DNA from: Candidatus Latescibacterota bacterium
GTDB lineage: Bacteria; Latescibacterota; UBA2968; GCA-2709665
Direction of reading: 5' to 3'
Assembly (NCBI GenBank): GCA_965208835.1
Contig: OZ242358.1
Location: 4,096,001 to 4,160,000, forward strand
DNA: 64,000 nt
In this document: in pieces, positions 39,266 through 47,910 of the stretch
Numbering within the stretch: position 1 is the stretch's first letter
Layout: the number at the start of each line of letters is the position of its first letter
Program-made: the position numbers and the translations under genes
Notes under the pieces: generated by a model
Databases searched by the model: none
What the model was told of the DNA's origin: nothing
What the model saw: the letters and a program-made list of their open reading frames with translations, nothing else

Positions 39266-39314
39266 TGCCTGAGCCGTGCGCAGTTCTCCGGCCTTACCCA
39301 GATCTCCGGTTCCC

Positions 39315-39593
39315 ATGATTCTTGCACGAGTCATCGGCAGCGTTGTTTCCACCCTGAAACATCCGGCCTACGAAGCCACAAAACTAATGGTGGTACAACC
39401 TGTCCAACCGGACGGCGCCGACGCGGATGACACCCTGCTTGCCGTCGACGCGGCCGGTGCGGGCGCGGGCGAAACCGTACTCGTCCTCCGCCAGGGCATT
39501 GCGGCCGCGCAGGTCCTGGGGGTGGACCGGCCGCCCATCCGCTCCGTAATCGTCGGGATTGTGGATCGGGTCGACTGTGAGCCGCAGAGGTAG
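39315..39593 (+). CDS. BMC-P pentamer 3
   Basis: MILARVIGSVVSTLKH..AVDAAGAGAGE..PIRSVIVGIVD. Confidence 0.95.
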   Translation: MILARVIGSVVSTLKHPAYEATKLMVVQPVQPDGADADDTLLAVDAAGAGAGETVLVLRQGIAAAQVLGVDRPPIRSVIVGIVDRVDCEPQR

Positions 39594-39639
39594 ATGAACC
39601 GCAGCCGTCGACGACCTGCGCAACTTAGAAGGTCATATC

Positions 39640-40470
39640 GTGATGACACTCCATCAGGCGAAACTGGATATCCTGGAAGCAGGGCGCAGACTCTACGACA
39701 GAAGTTACATCGTCTCGAGCGACGGCAATATCTCCGCCCGCTTCGACGAAGGCCGCCTGATTGTAACACCCAGCGGGCTGTGCAAAGGGAATCTCTCCGT
39801 AGAGGATTTGTGCGTCTGCGATATGGAAGGCAGGAAGATCAGCGGCCAGCGCAGCCCTTCCTCGGAAATCGGCATGCATCTCTTCCTCTACAGGGAAAGG
39901 CCCGACATCAAGGCGGTCGTCCACGCGCATCCGCCTACGGCTACGGGATTCTCAGTTGCCGGAATGCCGCTCACCGATTGCGTTCTGCCCGAGGTCGTGA
40001 TCACGCTCGGCTCGATACCCACGGCGAAGTACGGCACGCCCGGGGGTCCGGAGATCTCCGAACCGATTCGAAAATTCGTCAAGGACTACGACGCCTATCT
40101 GCTCGAGAATCATGGCGCTACCACCGTGGGTTCCGACGTGATGAACGCCTATTTCAAAATGGAAACACTGGAACATTTCGCGCGAATCCTCTTCGTGGCG
40201 CGCCAGCTGGGCGGCGCCAACGTCCTGAACCAGGAACAGGTCGACAAACTCCTCCGGATCCGCGAACGCCTGGGTATCCGGGGCCCGGATCCCGCGTGCG
40301 CCGTCGGCGATGCGCCGTCCGGGCCTGACACGTCAGAATCGGAAATCCCTACCCGTCGCACACGCAGCGCCTCGAACCCTGCAGGCGATCCTCCTCCGCC
40401 GGAAGACGACCTCATCACCGAAATCACCCGCCAGGTGACGCACGAGCTCCGCACCAGGATCCAGCGATAA
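39640..40470 (+). CDS. Class II aldolase (fuculose/rhamnulose-phosphate aldolase-like) with C-terminal encapsulation peptide
   Basis: DGNIS, TPSG, PSSEIGMH, VHAHPP, LENHG; tail DDLITEITRQVTHEL after a Pro/Ser-rich linker. Confidence 0.93.
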   Translation: MMTLHQAKLDILEAGRRLYDRSYIVSSDGNISARFDEGRLIVTPSGLCKGNLSVEDLCVCDMEGRKISGQRSPSSEIGMHLFLYRERPDIKAVVHAHPPTATGFSVAGMPLTDCVLPEVVITLGSIPTAKYGTPGGPEISEPIRKFVKDYDAYLLENHGATTVGSDVMNAYFKMETLEHFARILFVARQLGGANVLNQEQVDKLLRIRERLGIRGPDPACAVGDAPSGPDTSESEIPTRRTRSASNPAGDPPPPEDDLITEITRQVTHELRTRIQR

Positions 40471-40497
40471 TCTGAAACACCTCAAGCAGCCGCTGAT

Positions 40498-40731
40498 GAA
40501 GCTGTCTTAGAATTCCCAGCGGTCTTCGCGCGGCTGCAAAAGCGCCGGTCAGCGTTGGTCAAACCCACCCGTCTTACGAGATCGAGGCTGCGCTTGCTCG
40601 CCTCTCATAGCCGGATTCTCCCGCCGGCGCTGCGCGCCCCTCGTGCCTCGGCACTGCGCGCCCCTCGTGCCTCATAACCGCCACTTTTTCGCTCACGCTC
40701 GGGGCCTCACCGGTAATTTTAAGACAACTTC
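40498..40731 (+). mobile_element. MITE-like repeat family C, copy 3
   Basis: Family C TIRs with a short internal duplication; ends at 40731, directly before the ackA ATG at 40733. Confidence 0.82.
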
Positions 40732-40732
40732 C

Positions 40733-41920
40733 ATGAAAATCCTCGTCGCCAACGTTGGCAGTACGTCATTCAAGTACAAACTATTCGAGATGACGGACGA
40801 GACAGTGCTCGCAGAGGGGCGCCTCGAGCGTATCGGCGACGAGCGATGTCCCGTTCAGCATCGCATCGGCCGCTCGGAAACCCAATCCACCTGCGCGCTT
40901 CCCGATTATCCTTCTGCGATCCGTAACGTAATGGAAGCTCTCGGCAGCGTGGTTGGCAGCCGGGGGGCCTCCGACCTGGACGCCGTGGGATTCAAGACCG
41001 TCCACCTGCGTGGAGAACCCGGGACGTACCTGCTGGACGACGGAATTCTCGAGCGCATGGCCGACTACAACGATCTCGCGCCCGCCCACAACCCGCCGTA
41101 CATACAGGCTGTCCGGATCTTTCACGCGCTCTACCCCAACCTGCCGCTGGTCGGGCTGTTCGAACCGGCCTTCCACACCACCATTCCCGATTACGCGTAC
41201 ACCTACAGTGTTCCCTTTGCCTGGTACGAGACTCACGGTGTGCGCAAATACGGCTTCCACGGCGCCTCACACCGCTACGTCTCGGAACGGGTGCCAGTGC
41301 TCCTCGCACGACCGGTCGAAGGGCTGAACCTGATTTCCTGCCACCTGGGCGGAAGTGCGTCTCTGTGCGCGGTCAAAGACGGAAGGTCTATCGACACCAC
41401 GATGGGATTCTCCGCCCAGGACGGTATCATCCACGGCAAACGAAACGGCGCTATCGACCCCTTCATCATTCCGTTCATAATGGATCGCGAAGGCCTCTCT
41501 ACGGACGAAGTCCGACGCATTCTCACCACGGAAAGCGGCCTGGCCGGCATTTCCGGCCTCAGCGGTGACGTCCGCGACCTCGAATCGGCCGCCGACGCCG
41601 GCAACCGTCGGGCCAGACTGGCCATCGAGACGTTCTGCTACGGCGTGAAGACTTCCATCGGCGCGATGGCTGCCGCGCTTGGCGGTGTCGACGCGCTGGC
41701 CTTTGCGGGAGGCATCGGCGAACGCGGCGTTAACGTTCGGCGGCGCATCTGCCGTGGTCTGAAATTTCTGGGAATTGAGCTGGACCCGGAAAGGAACCGC
41801 TCAGGGCCTCCTGAGCGGCTGGTCTCCGCTTCCGAAAGCGCCGTAAAAATCGCGATTGTGACCACCAACGAAGAAATCATCGTGGCCCGGGAGACCGCGG
41901 CCTTCCTGACAGCTGAATAA
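40733..41920 (+). CDS. ackA: Acetate/propionate kinase
   Basis: ANVGSTSFKY, LAPAHN, KYGFHGASH, CHLGGSAS, GGIGE, TNEE. Confidence 0.93.
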   Translation: MKILVANVGSTSFKYKLFEMTDETVLAEGRLERIGDERCPVQHRIGRSETQSTCALPDYPSAIRNVMEALGSVVGSRGASDLDAVGFKTVHLRGEPGTYLLDDGILERMADYNDLAPAHNPPYIQAVRIFHALYPNLPLVGLFEPAFHTTIPDYAYTYSVPFAWYETHGVRKYGFHGASHRYVSERVPVLLARPVEGLNLISCHLGGSASLCAVKDGRSIDTTMGFSAQDGIIHGKRNGAIDPFIIPFIMDREGLSTDEVRRILTTESGLAGISGLSGDVRDLESAADAGNRRARLAIETFCYGVKTSIGAMAAALGGVDALAFAGGIGERGVNVRRRICRGLKFLGIELDPERNRSGPPERLVSASESAVKIAIVTTNEEIIVARETAAFLTAE

Positions 41921-41970
41921 AAAAGCCCATCCGGGCTGCGGCCGGCCCCTGCGGCCGCAATGCTATGTTA
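41919..41970 (+). repeat. Truncated family B repeat
   Basis: AAAAAGCCCATCCGGGCTGCGGCCGGCCC matches the left arm of family B. Confidence 0.65.
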
Positions 41971-42039
41971 CCTGCCTGCTGAGCCAATTCTTCTACGGAC
42001 GACGATGCCGTCCGTGGCAGCGTACGGATCCTCGAACCC

Positions 42040-43464
42040 ATGAATTTCCTTTTCATCGCGCTATTTCTCCTGCTCGCGAACCCGCTGCCCGGGTTCGATC
42101 GGGAACTCTGGACCGCCTTCCCCAATATGAACTCGGTTACAGCCCTGGCCGAGGGCAGCCAGTACATCTACGTGGGTACCGAGCAGGGCATCCGGCGTTA
42201 CGACATCTACGGCGAACGCTGGCACAGGCCGCTGACAGTCCTTGACGGCCTGCCGGACAATCGCATTCGCGCCATTGCCTACGACGCCAGTACCGGCGAA
42301 CTCTGGATGGACACGCCGTCGGGTGCGGCCCGCTGGCTCACACGGCTGGAAACCGTTTCCTATTTCGGCGATGACCCGCCCCCGCGCCGTCCGCCGGCGC
42401 CGATTCCGCCTGTCTATATGCCCTTCGGCTTCTTCATTGAGGGCGGATGGATCCGGGGTCCGCGAAGGAGCTATCCCATCACGGCGACGCTGATGGACAC
42501 CTGGCACACGCTGTGGATCGGCACCGGCGGACTGGGAATCGCCAAGGCAAAAATGACGGACCGGCAAGTCGAATTCCACGCTTTCGGGCCTCTCGACGAG
42601 AATATCACTGCCATGGCGAGAGACGGAGACAGCATCTGGTTCGGAGGCAGAGGCCTCTACGGCATAAGGGAACAGGCAATAACGCGGTACCATCTCTCAA
42701 CACAACTGTGGGAATACTTCGAGCCGGAGCACATCATGGGTCTCGATGAGGCACGTATTTCCGCCATTCTTCCCGATAGCGCCACGGTCTGGTTCGGCGC
42801 CTGGAACGGCCTCATCCGATACGTGCGACACTCCGGTCAGTGGATAACCTATCGTTTGACCGGCCGGCGCGAGGTCACCGCCCTGGCCAGAGCGGGATCC
42901 CGGGTCTGGATCGGCACCCAGGCCGGACTGGCCGTGTTTGATACACAGGCGGACACGATCCGCTGGGTCGGCGGCAGCGAAAGCTTCACCATTCATGCCA
43001 TGGCCGCCGGCGCCGGCTACATCTGGGCAGGCACACATCTGGGTCTGTTTCGCTGTCCCGTTGACGACGTGAACTGGACGCCCGTCCGGAGCCCCGGAGG
43101 ACTCACGTCCCGTCCCATCAACGGGCTGGCCACCTGCAGGAACCACGTGTGGGCAACGGTTGAGTCGCCGTCAGCGCTCATTCATCTGGCCGCGCCAGAC
43201 TCGGCATGGCGACGATTCGCTCTCGCCGAGATACACGGCGACCGTCACGTGTCGATTGCGGCCGATACCAGCCACGTCTGGCTTGCCACCGACCTTGGCG
43301 CGTTCCGCTTCGATATTTCCACGAAACTCTGGAAGCGCTACACGCAGTCCAGCGGCCTGATCGATGACCGTACGCAGGCCGTGCTGCTTCAGGACGACTA
43401 CGTCTGGTTCGGCACGGAAAAAGGCGCGAGCCGTTACGATTGGTCGCAGGACTTTTTTCGATAA
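42040..43464 (+). CDS. Exported beta-propeller repeat protein (two-component-regulator propeller-like)
   Basis: Hydrophobic N-terminus; repeated (I/V)W(F/I)GT..GL blades; GLPDNRI motif. Confidence 0.75.
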   Translation: MNFLFIALFLLLANPLPGFDRELWTAFPNMNSVTALAEGSQYIYVGTEQGIRRYDIYGERWHRPLTVLDGLPDNRIRAIAYDASTGELWMDTPSGAARWLTRLETVSYFGDDPPPRRPPAPIPPVYMPFGFFIEGGWIRGPRRSYPITATLMDTWHTLWIGTGGLGIAKAKMTDRQVEFHAFGPLDENITAMARDGDSIWFGGRGLYGIREQAITRYHLSTQLWEYFEPEHIMGLDEARISAILPDSATVWFGAWNGLIRYVRHSGQWITYRLTGRREVTALARAGSRVWIGTQAGLAVFDTQADTIRWVGGSESFTIHAMAAGAGYIWAGTHLGLFRCPVDDVNWTPVRSPGGLTSRPINGLATCRNHVWATVESPSALIHLAAPDSAWRRFALAEIHGDRHVSIAADTSHVWLATDLGAFRFDISTKLWKRYTQSSGLIDDRTQAVLLQDDYVWFGTEKGASRYDWSQDFFR

Positions 43465-43580
43465 CGTATTGTTTTCCATTTATTAAGTGTCAACTTCCCT
43501 TGGTCGCGAACGAAAAAAAACGTGACACAAACCGACATTTTCCTTATCTTTAGGTTTGGCACATTACGTTACTTAGCGGC

Positions 43581-43746
43581 AGTGTTCTGTCCCAGAAATA
43601 GGTTGCCTTTAATTCGGCAGTCGAGTCGCCCGGTTCGCAAGGCGCCAGCGCGCAGGCGACCTGTGTAAGGTCGGCGAGCGAAGGTAACGCCGCGAGACGG
43701 GTTGAATCGGTGGCCGAATGGTGAGATATTTATGGGACAGAACACC
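43581..43746 (+). mobile_element. MITE-like repeat family A, copy 3
   Basis: Near-identical to the other A copies. Confidence 0.85.
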
Positions 43747-43801
43747 GATACGTAATCGAATGGTCCTGATGATCTTTCCCCTATTTCATCTGCTAAGTTG
43801 A

Positions 43802-43859
43802 ACGACAGCGGCCACTCCGGGCGCCACCGTGCGCCCGGAGTGGCCGCTGTCGTGTTTTC
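43802..43859 (+). terminator. Perfect 23-bp hairpin followed by GTTTTC (terminator or attenuator-like)
   Basis: ACGACAGCGGCCACTCCGGGCGC-caccgt-GCGCCCGGAGTGGCCGCTGTCGT. Confidence 0.6.
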
Positions 43860-43883
43860 GCATTTCCCGCTCCGGATCCCGAT

Positions 43884-44333
43884 ATGGCCAAAAGCGCGTT
43901 AGGTCTTATTGAAACTCGTGGATTTACCGGCGTCGTTGAAGCGGCAGACGCGGCCGTGAAGGCAGCCGCGGTCGAACTTGCGGCTGTCGAAAAGATAGAT
44001 GGAGGCCTCGTTTCCATTCGAATCCTGGGAGACGTTGGGGCCGTACAGGCCGCTGTCCAGGCGGCCGCCGAGGCTGCAGAACGGGTCGGCCAGCTGGTAT
44101 CCCGACACGTGATTCCGAATCCCCATGACGATCTGGTGGACGTGTTCGAACTGAACGGTCCCCAGACCCCATCTCCGGAAAATCCGGATGTCAGCGGTCT
44201 CTCGGTCTTACAGCTCCGACGGCTGGCAAGACAGACACCCGGTCTGCCCATAAAGGGTCGCGAGATCTCTCGCGCCACCCGCCAACAATTGATCCAGGCG
44301 CTCCTCAGCGCGGATGCCAACATCGACACCTAA
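43884..44333 (+). CDS. BMC-H shell protein with C-terminal helical extension
   Basis: ALGLIETRG..GDVGAVQAAV..HVIPNPH, then SVLQLRRLARQ..PIKGREISRATRQQLI. Confidence 0.93.
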   Translation: MAKSALGLIETRGFTGVVEAADAAVKAAAVELAAVEKIDGGLVSIRILGDVGAVQAAVQAAAEAAERVGQLVSRHVIPNPHDDLVDVFELNGPQTPSPENPDVSGLSVLQLRRLARQTPGLPIKGREISRATRQQLIQALLSADANIDT

Positions 44334-44695
44334 TGTCGAAGGAGTCCCGGATGGATAAAGACACGCTTTGGGAACGCATCAAGAGAGGGATCATCGACAG
44401 TGCCGCAACAGCGGCCCACAAGGCCGAACACCTGGGGAAAATCGGACGCGCCAGGCTTGATATTGCGGGAACCCGCCATGCCATACACGAAGCATTCGCG
44501 GAGTTGGGCGGTACGGTCTACACGCACCTGTCCGAGGGCGGCGAAAGTGACGTTTCCCAGGCAGTCGACGTACAGGATCTGGTGCGGAGAATCAACGAAC
44601 TTGAGAATCTTCTGCAAGAACGGGAAGCACTTCTGAAGAATCTGAAAGCCGGCAACAACCAGGAAGAGGAGAAGACCGCAGAGACGGAGACATAG
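44333..44695 (+). CDS. Hypothetical coiled-coil protein
   Basis: TAATG overlap with BMC-H; helical, with a heptad-rich C-terminus. Confidence 0.75.
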   Translation: MSKESRMDKDTLWERIKRGIIDSAATAAHKAEHLGKIGRARLDIAGTRHAIHEAFAELGGTVYTHLSEGGESDVSQAVDVQDLVRRINELENLLQEREALLKNLKAGNNQEEEKTAETET

Positions 44696-44702
44696 TTTCG
44701 GC

Positions 44703-46085
44703 ATGACACCCCAACCCGCGCGGGTTTGCCAGATTGTCTTCTTTGCAGTCCTCTTCCTGTTGCGGTTCCAGACCGCATGGGCCGACAGTCCCGTACGGTC
44801 GTTCGCAAACGTCGTCAGGCTGGTAAGGCCGGCCGTTGTCAGCATTTCGGCCAACAGTTCCTACGGCCGTGAGTTCTTTCGGTCGGGGATGCGCCGGGGT
44901 CCGTCAGCGTTGCGTTACGGATCGGGTTTTGTCCTGGACGCGACCGGACATGTCCTGACCAGCAACCACGTGATAGAAGGCGCAATCGGAATTCAGGTCG
45001 GGTTTTCCGACGGTACAGAATATGCCGCTGAAATCGTCGGGCAGGATCCCGACACCGACCTGGCGCTTTTGCGCCTTCATTCAAGAGTTCCGATCGATCG
45101 TTCGCGCATAGCCCGTCTGGGCAATTCAGATTCAGTACAGGTCGGTGACTGGGTGATGGCCGTAGGCAGTCCTTTCGGCTTTCATCATACTGTCAGCGTC
45201 GGTGTGATCAGCGGCAAGGGACGGCATCTGGAGCGAATTCAGGGCGACATTTCTACGCCGCCTTTTCAGGATTTTCTGCAGACGGACGCGTCCATCAATC
45301 CCGGCAACAGCGGCGGGCCCCTGGTCAATAGCGCCGGGCGGGTCGTGGGCGTGAACACCGCTTACAATCCCGTGGGATCCGGCATCGGGTTCGCCATTCC
45401 GATCGACGTTGCCGGAAGGGTTGCGGCGGAACTCCGAAAACATGGGGAGGTTGTCCGCGGTTACCTCGGTATCCGTCCCCAGGACCTGACTCCCGATCTT
45501 GCGGTCGCGCTGGATCTGCAGTCGACTTCGGGCATACTGATCGGGGAAGTTCAGGCGGACAGCCCGGCGGGGCGCGGCGGCCTCAAGCGTGGCGACGTCA
45601 TCAGGACGCTTGACGCCAGCCCTATCACGAATGCCCAGAATTTTCTCAACCGGATTACACGGTACCGTCCGGGGGAATCCATTGCGCTTGTTGTCCTTCG
45701 GGACGGGAGACCGCTCAGGATCTCCTGCACGCTAGGCCGGAGGCAGAAACAGTCTCGGCCCCCGAACGGAGTCAGATCCAACAGTTCGAATTGGCCCGGG
45801 CTTGAGGTCAAGAATCGCTCAGATTGGGAAAGCGGCCGCCTGCAGGTTTCCAGATTCGGACCCGGAGTCGTGGTACATTACGTCGCGCCCGGAAGTCCGG
45901 CGGAAAAAAAACAAATCGAACGCGGCGATGCGATCCTTGAAATCGACGGCGTTGCCATCTCAAACGTCCGGGACTATCACAAGATGGTTGAAGAGATCAA
46001 GAGGGCTGTAAGGCCCGGTTTGTTCCTGATCCTGAAAAAGGACGACGGCAACACGCGATTCGTTGCCCTCCGACCGGGGCGCTGA
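44703..46085 (+). CDS. degP: Periplasmic HtrA/DegP (Do) serine protease with 2 PDZ domains
   Basis: TSNHV, DTDLAL, DASINPGNSGGPL catalytic triad; two PDZ-like domains. Confidence 0.93.
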   Translation: MTPQPARVCQIVFFAVLFLLRFQTAWADSPVRSFANVVRLVRPAVVSISANSSYGREFFRSGMRRGPSALRYGSGFVLDATGHVLTSNHVIEGAIGIQVGFSDGTEYAAEIVGQDPDTDLALLRLHSRVPIDRSRIARLGNSDSVQVGDWVMAVGSPFGFHHTVSVGVISGKGRHLERIQGDISTPPFQDFLQTDASINPGNSGGPLVNSAGRVVGVNTAYNPVGSGIGFAIPIDVAGRVAAELRKHGEVVRGYLGIRPQDLTPDLAVALDLQSTSGILIGEVQADSPAGRGGLKRGDVIRTLDASPITNAQNFLNRITRYRPGESIALVVLRDGRPLRISCTLGRRQKQSRPPNGVRSNSSNWPGLEVKNRSDWESGRLQVSRFGPGVVVHYVAPGSPAEKKQIERGDAILEIDGVAISNVRDYHKMVEEIKRAVRPGLFLILKKDDGNTRFVALRPGR

Positions 46086-46095
46086 ACCCTCTTCA

Positions 46096-46305
46096 GAAGG
46101 TGTCATAAAATTCCCTGCGGTCTTCGCGCGGCTGCAACAGCGCCGGTCAGCGTTGGTCAAACCCACCCGTCTTACGAGATCGAGGCTGCGCTTGCTCGCC
46201 TCTCATAGGCGGTTTTTCCCGTCGGCGCTACGCGCCCCTCGCGCCCCATAACCGCAACTTTTTCGCTCGCGCTCGGGAACTCACCGGTAATTTTAAAACA
46301 CCTTC
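46096..46305 (+). mobile_element. MITE-like repeat family C, copy 4 (TCA duplication)
   Basis: Family C TIRs, flanked by TCA on both sides. Confidence 0.85.
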
Positions 46306-46532
46306 TCAGTCATCTGCTGAAGAACGTCCGACAGTCTGAAAGGAGGCAATCTTATGTAGCGCTCACCTGTCTACAGGACCGACATCAGCATCAGCAAGGT
46401 TCACTACGACAGTCTTAATCCCCTTCGAGAAGCTCAGTCGTTTCTCCCGAACTGATCTTCTCGGCTCACAGTCCGGCTCCGAAACCCCGGCCAACTGAAC
46501 CGACCTTCCCCGGTGCAAAGAAAGGCTGACGA

Positions 46533-47390
46533 GTGTCTAAGCTAGCTAAAAGGCCGTACGCGCGCGAAGATGAATCCCTGGATCAGTACCTTCAAGAGAT
46601 CGGAGAAGTCGACCTTCTCACGGCAGATGAAGAGATCGCCCTCGCCAAGCGAATCAAGAAGGGCGACCAGGATGCCCTCGAGAAGCTGACCAAAGCAAAC
46701 CTGAGATTCGTAGTAAGCGTGGCCAAACAATACCAGAACCAGGGTCTCTCGATGGGAGACCTGATCAACGAAGGAAATCTGGGACTTATAAAGGCGGCCA
46801 AACGCTTCGACGAGACAAAGGGCTTCAAGTTTATTTCCTATGCTGTATGGTGGATCAGGCAGGCCATCCTTCAAGCCCTTGCCGAACAGTCCAGAATCGT
46901 ACGGCTGCCCCTGAACAGGGTGGGCGCCCTGCACAAAATCGGCAAGGCATCCAGCGGGCTGGAGCAGGAATTCGGGCGGGAGCCCAGCCCCAGCGAAATT
47001 GCCGATGAACTTGAAATGAGCGACTATGAGGTGATGGATACACTCAAGATCTCGAGCCGGCACCTTTCGCTTGACGCCCCGTTCAGCGAAAGCGAAGACA
47101 ACAGTCTGCTGGACATTCTCGAAGATCAACTGCAACCACCTCCCGATGAATCGCTCATAGACGACTCGCTTCACCGCGAAGTCGAGAAGGCGCTGGCAAC
47201 CCTCACGCCACGGGAAGCCGAAGTGATCAGTCTCTACTTCGGCATCAACAGGGAACACCCGCTTACACTGGAAGAAATCGGCGAACGATTCGGATTGACC
47301 CGGGAGCGGGTACGCCAGATCAAGGAAAAGGCCATCCACAGGCTGCGCCACAACTCCCGAAGCCGCCCGCTCAAGGCATATCTTCATTGA
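46533..47390 (+). CDS. rpoD: RNA polymerase sigma factor RpoD/SigA (lacks region 1.1)
   Basis: [49 protein letters not shown]. Confidence 0.96.
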   Translation: MSKLAKRPYAREDESLDQYLQEIGEVDLLTADEEIALAKRIKKGDQDALEKLTKANLRFVVSVAKQYQNQGLSMGDLINEGNLGLIKAAKRFDETKGFKFISYAVWWIRQAILQALAEQSRIVRLPLNRVGALHKIGKASSGLEQEFGREPSPSEIADELEMSDYEVMDTLKISSRHLSLDAPFSESEDNSLLDILEDQLQPPPDESLIDDSLHREVEKALATLTPREAEVISLYFGINREHPLTLEEIGERFGLTRERVRQIKEKAIHRLRHNSRSRPLKAYLH

Positions 47391-47406
47391 AGACGACATG
47401 CCTCCG

Positions 47407-47446
47407 AAGCCACAGCCAGCACCGCGCGCTGGCTGTGGCTTTTTTT
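47407..47446 (+). terminator. Rho-independent terminator of rpoD
   Basis: AAGCCACAGCCAGC-loop-GCTGGCTGTGGCTT followed by a T-tract. Confidence 0.85.
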
Positions 47447-47570
47447 CTCTGCGGCCGACCCGGTCTCGCCTGCTCTCGCTTGACGGAATCACGTGAAACA
47501 TATAGATTGGTGGAACTTACAGCCCTCCTCGACCGTTCAACGTCCACATTCACCGAAAGGATTCACCCCC

Positions 47571-47822
47571 ATGTCGAACAGTAAATCCCTGAAGTCGCTG
47601 CTGGCTGTCGTCGCGTTCCTGCTGATTGCCAACCTGGTCCGGCCGCTGTGGTCTCCCGGCACGGCCCATGCACAGAGTGAGGAGGCGGGCTCCAGTGTTG
47701 CCATCACCGGCGCGGGTCAGAGCGCCTGGATACTGAAGGACGGCAACGTCTACTACGCTATCTACGAAAAGCAGTACGAGTCCATCCGCATCTACGGTCC
47801 CGAAGAACTGCCCGAAGAGTGA
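47571..47822 (+). CDS. Small secreted hypothetical protein
   Basis: SD GAAAGGA; signal peptide ending AHA. Confidence 0.7.
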   Translation: MSNSKSLKSLLAVVAFLLIANLVRPLWSPGTAHAQSEEAGSSVAITGAGQSAWILKDGNVYYAIYEKQYESIRIYGPEELPEE

Positions 47823-47910
47823 TCGCCACCATGGGTCGTCATTCGGTATTACCGAAGAGCCGGTATTCTCGCCCGCGAATCTCCGCCGGTCTGCATAGCC
47901 TGAGGCATCC

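Noticed and set aside
11483-46359. Genome-wide amber (TAG) recoding suggested by two odd TAG codons
   Set aside because: Many genes end at TAG at the expected family C-terminus (epimerase, rhomboid, PpiD, amidohydrolase), and no pyl genes or suppressor tRNA are seen.
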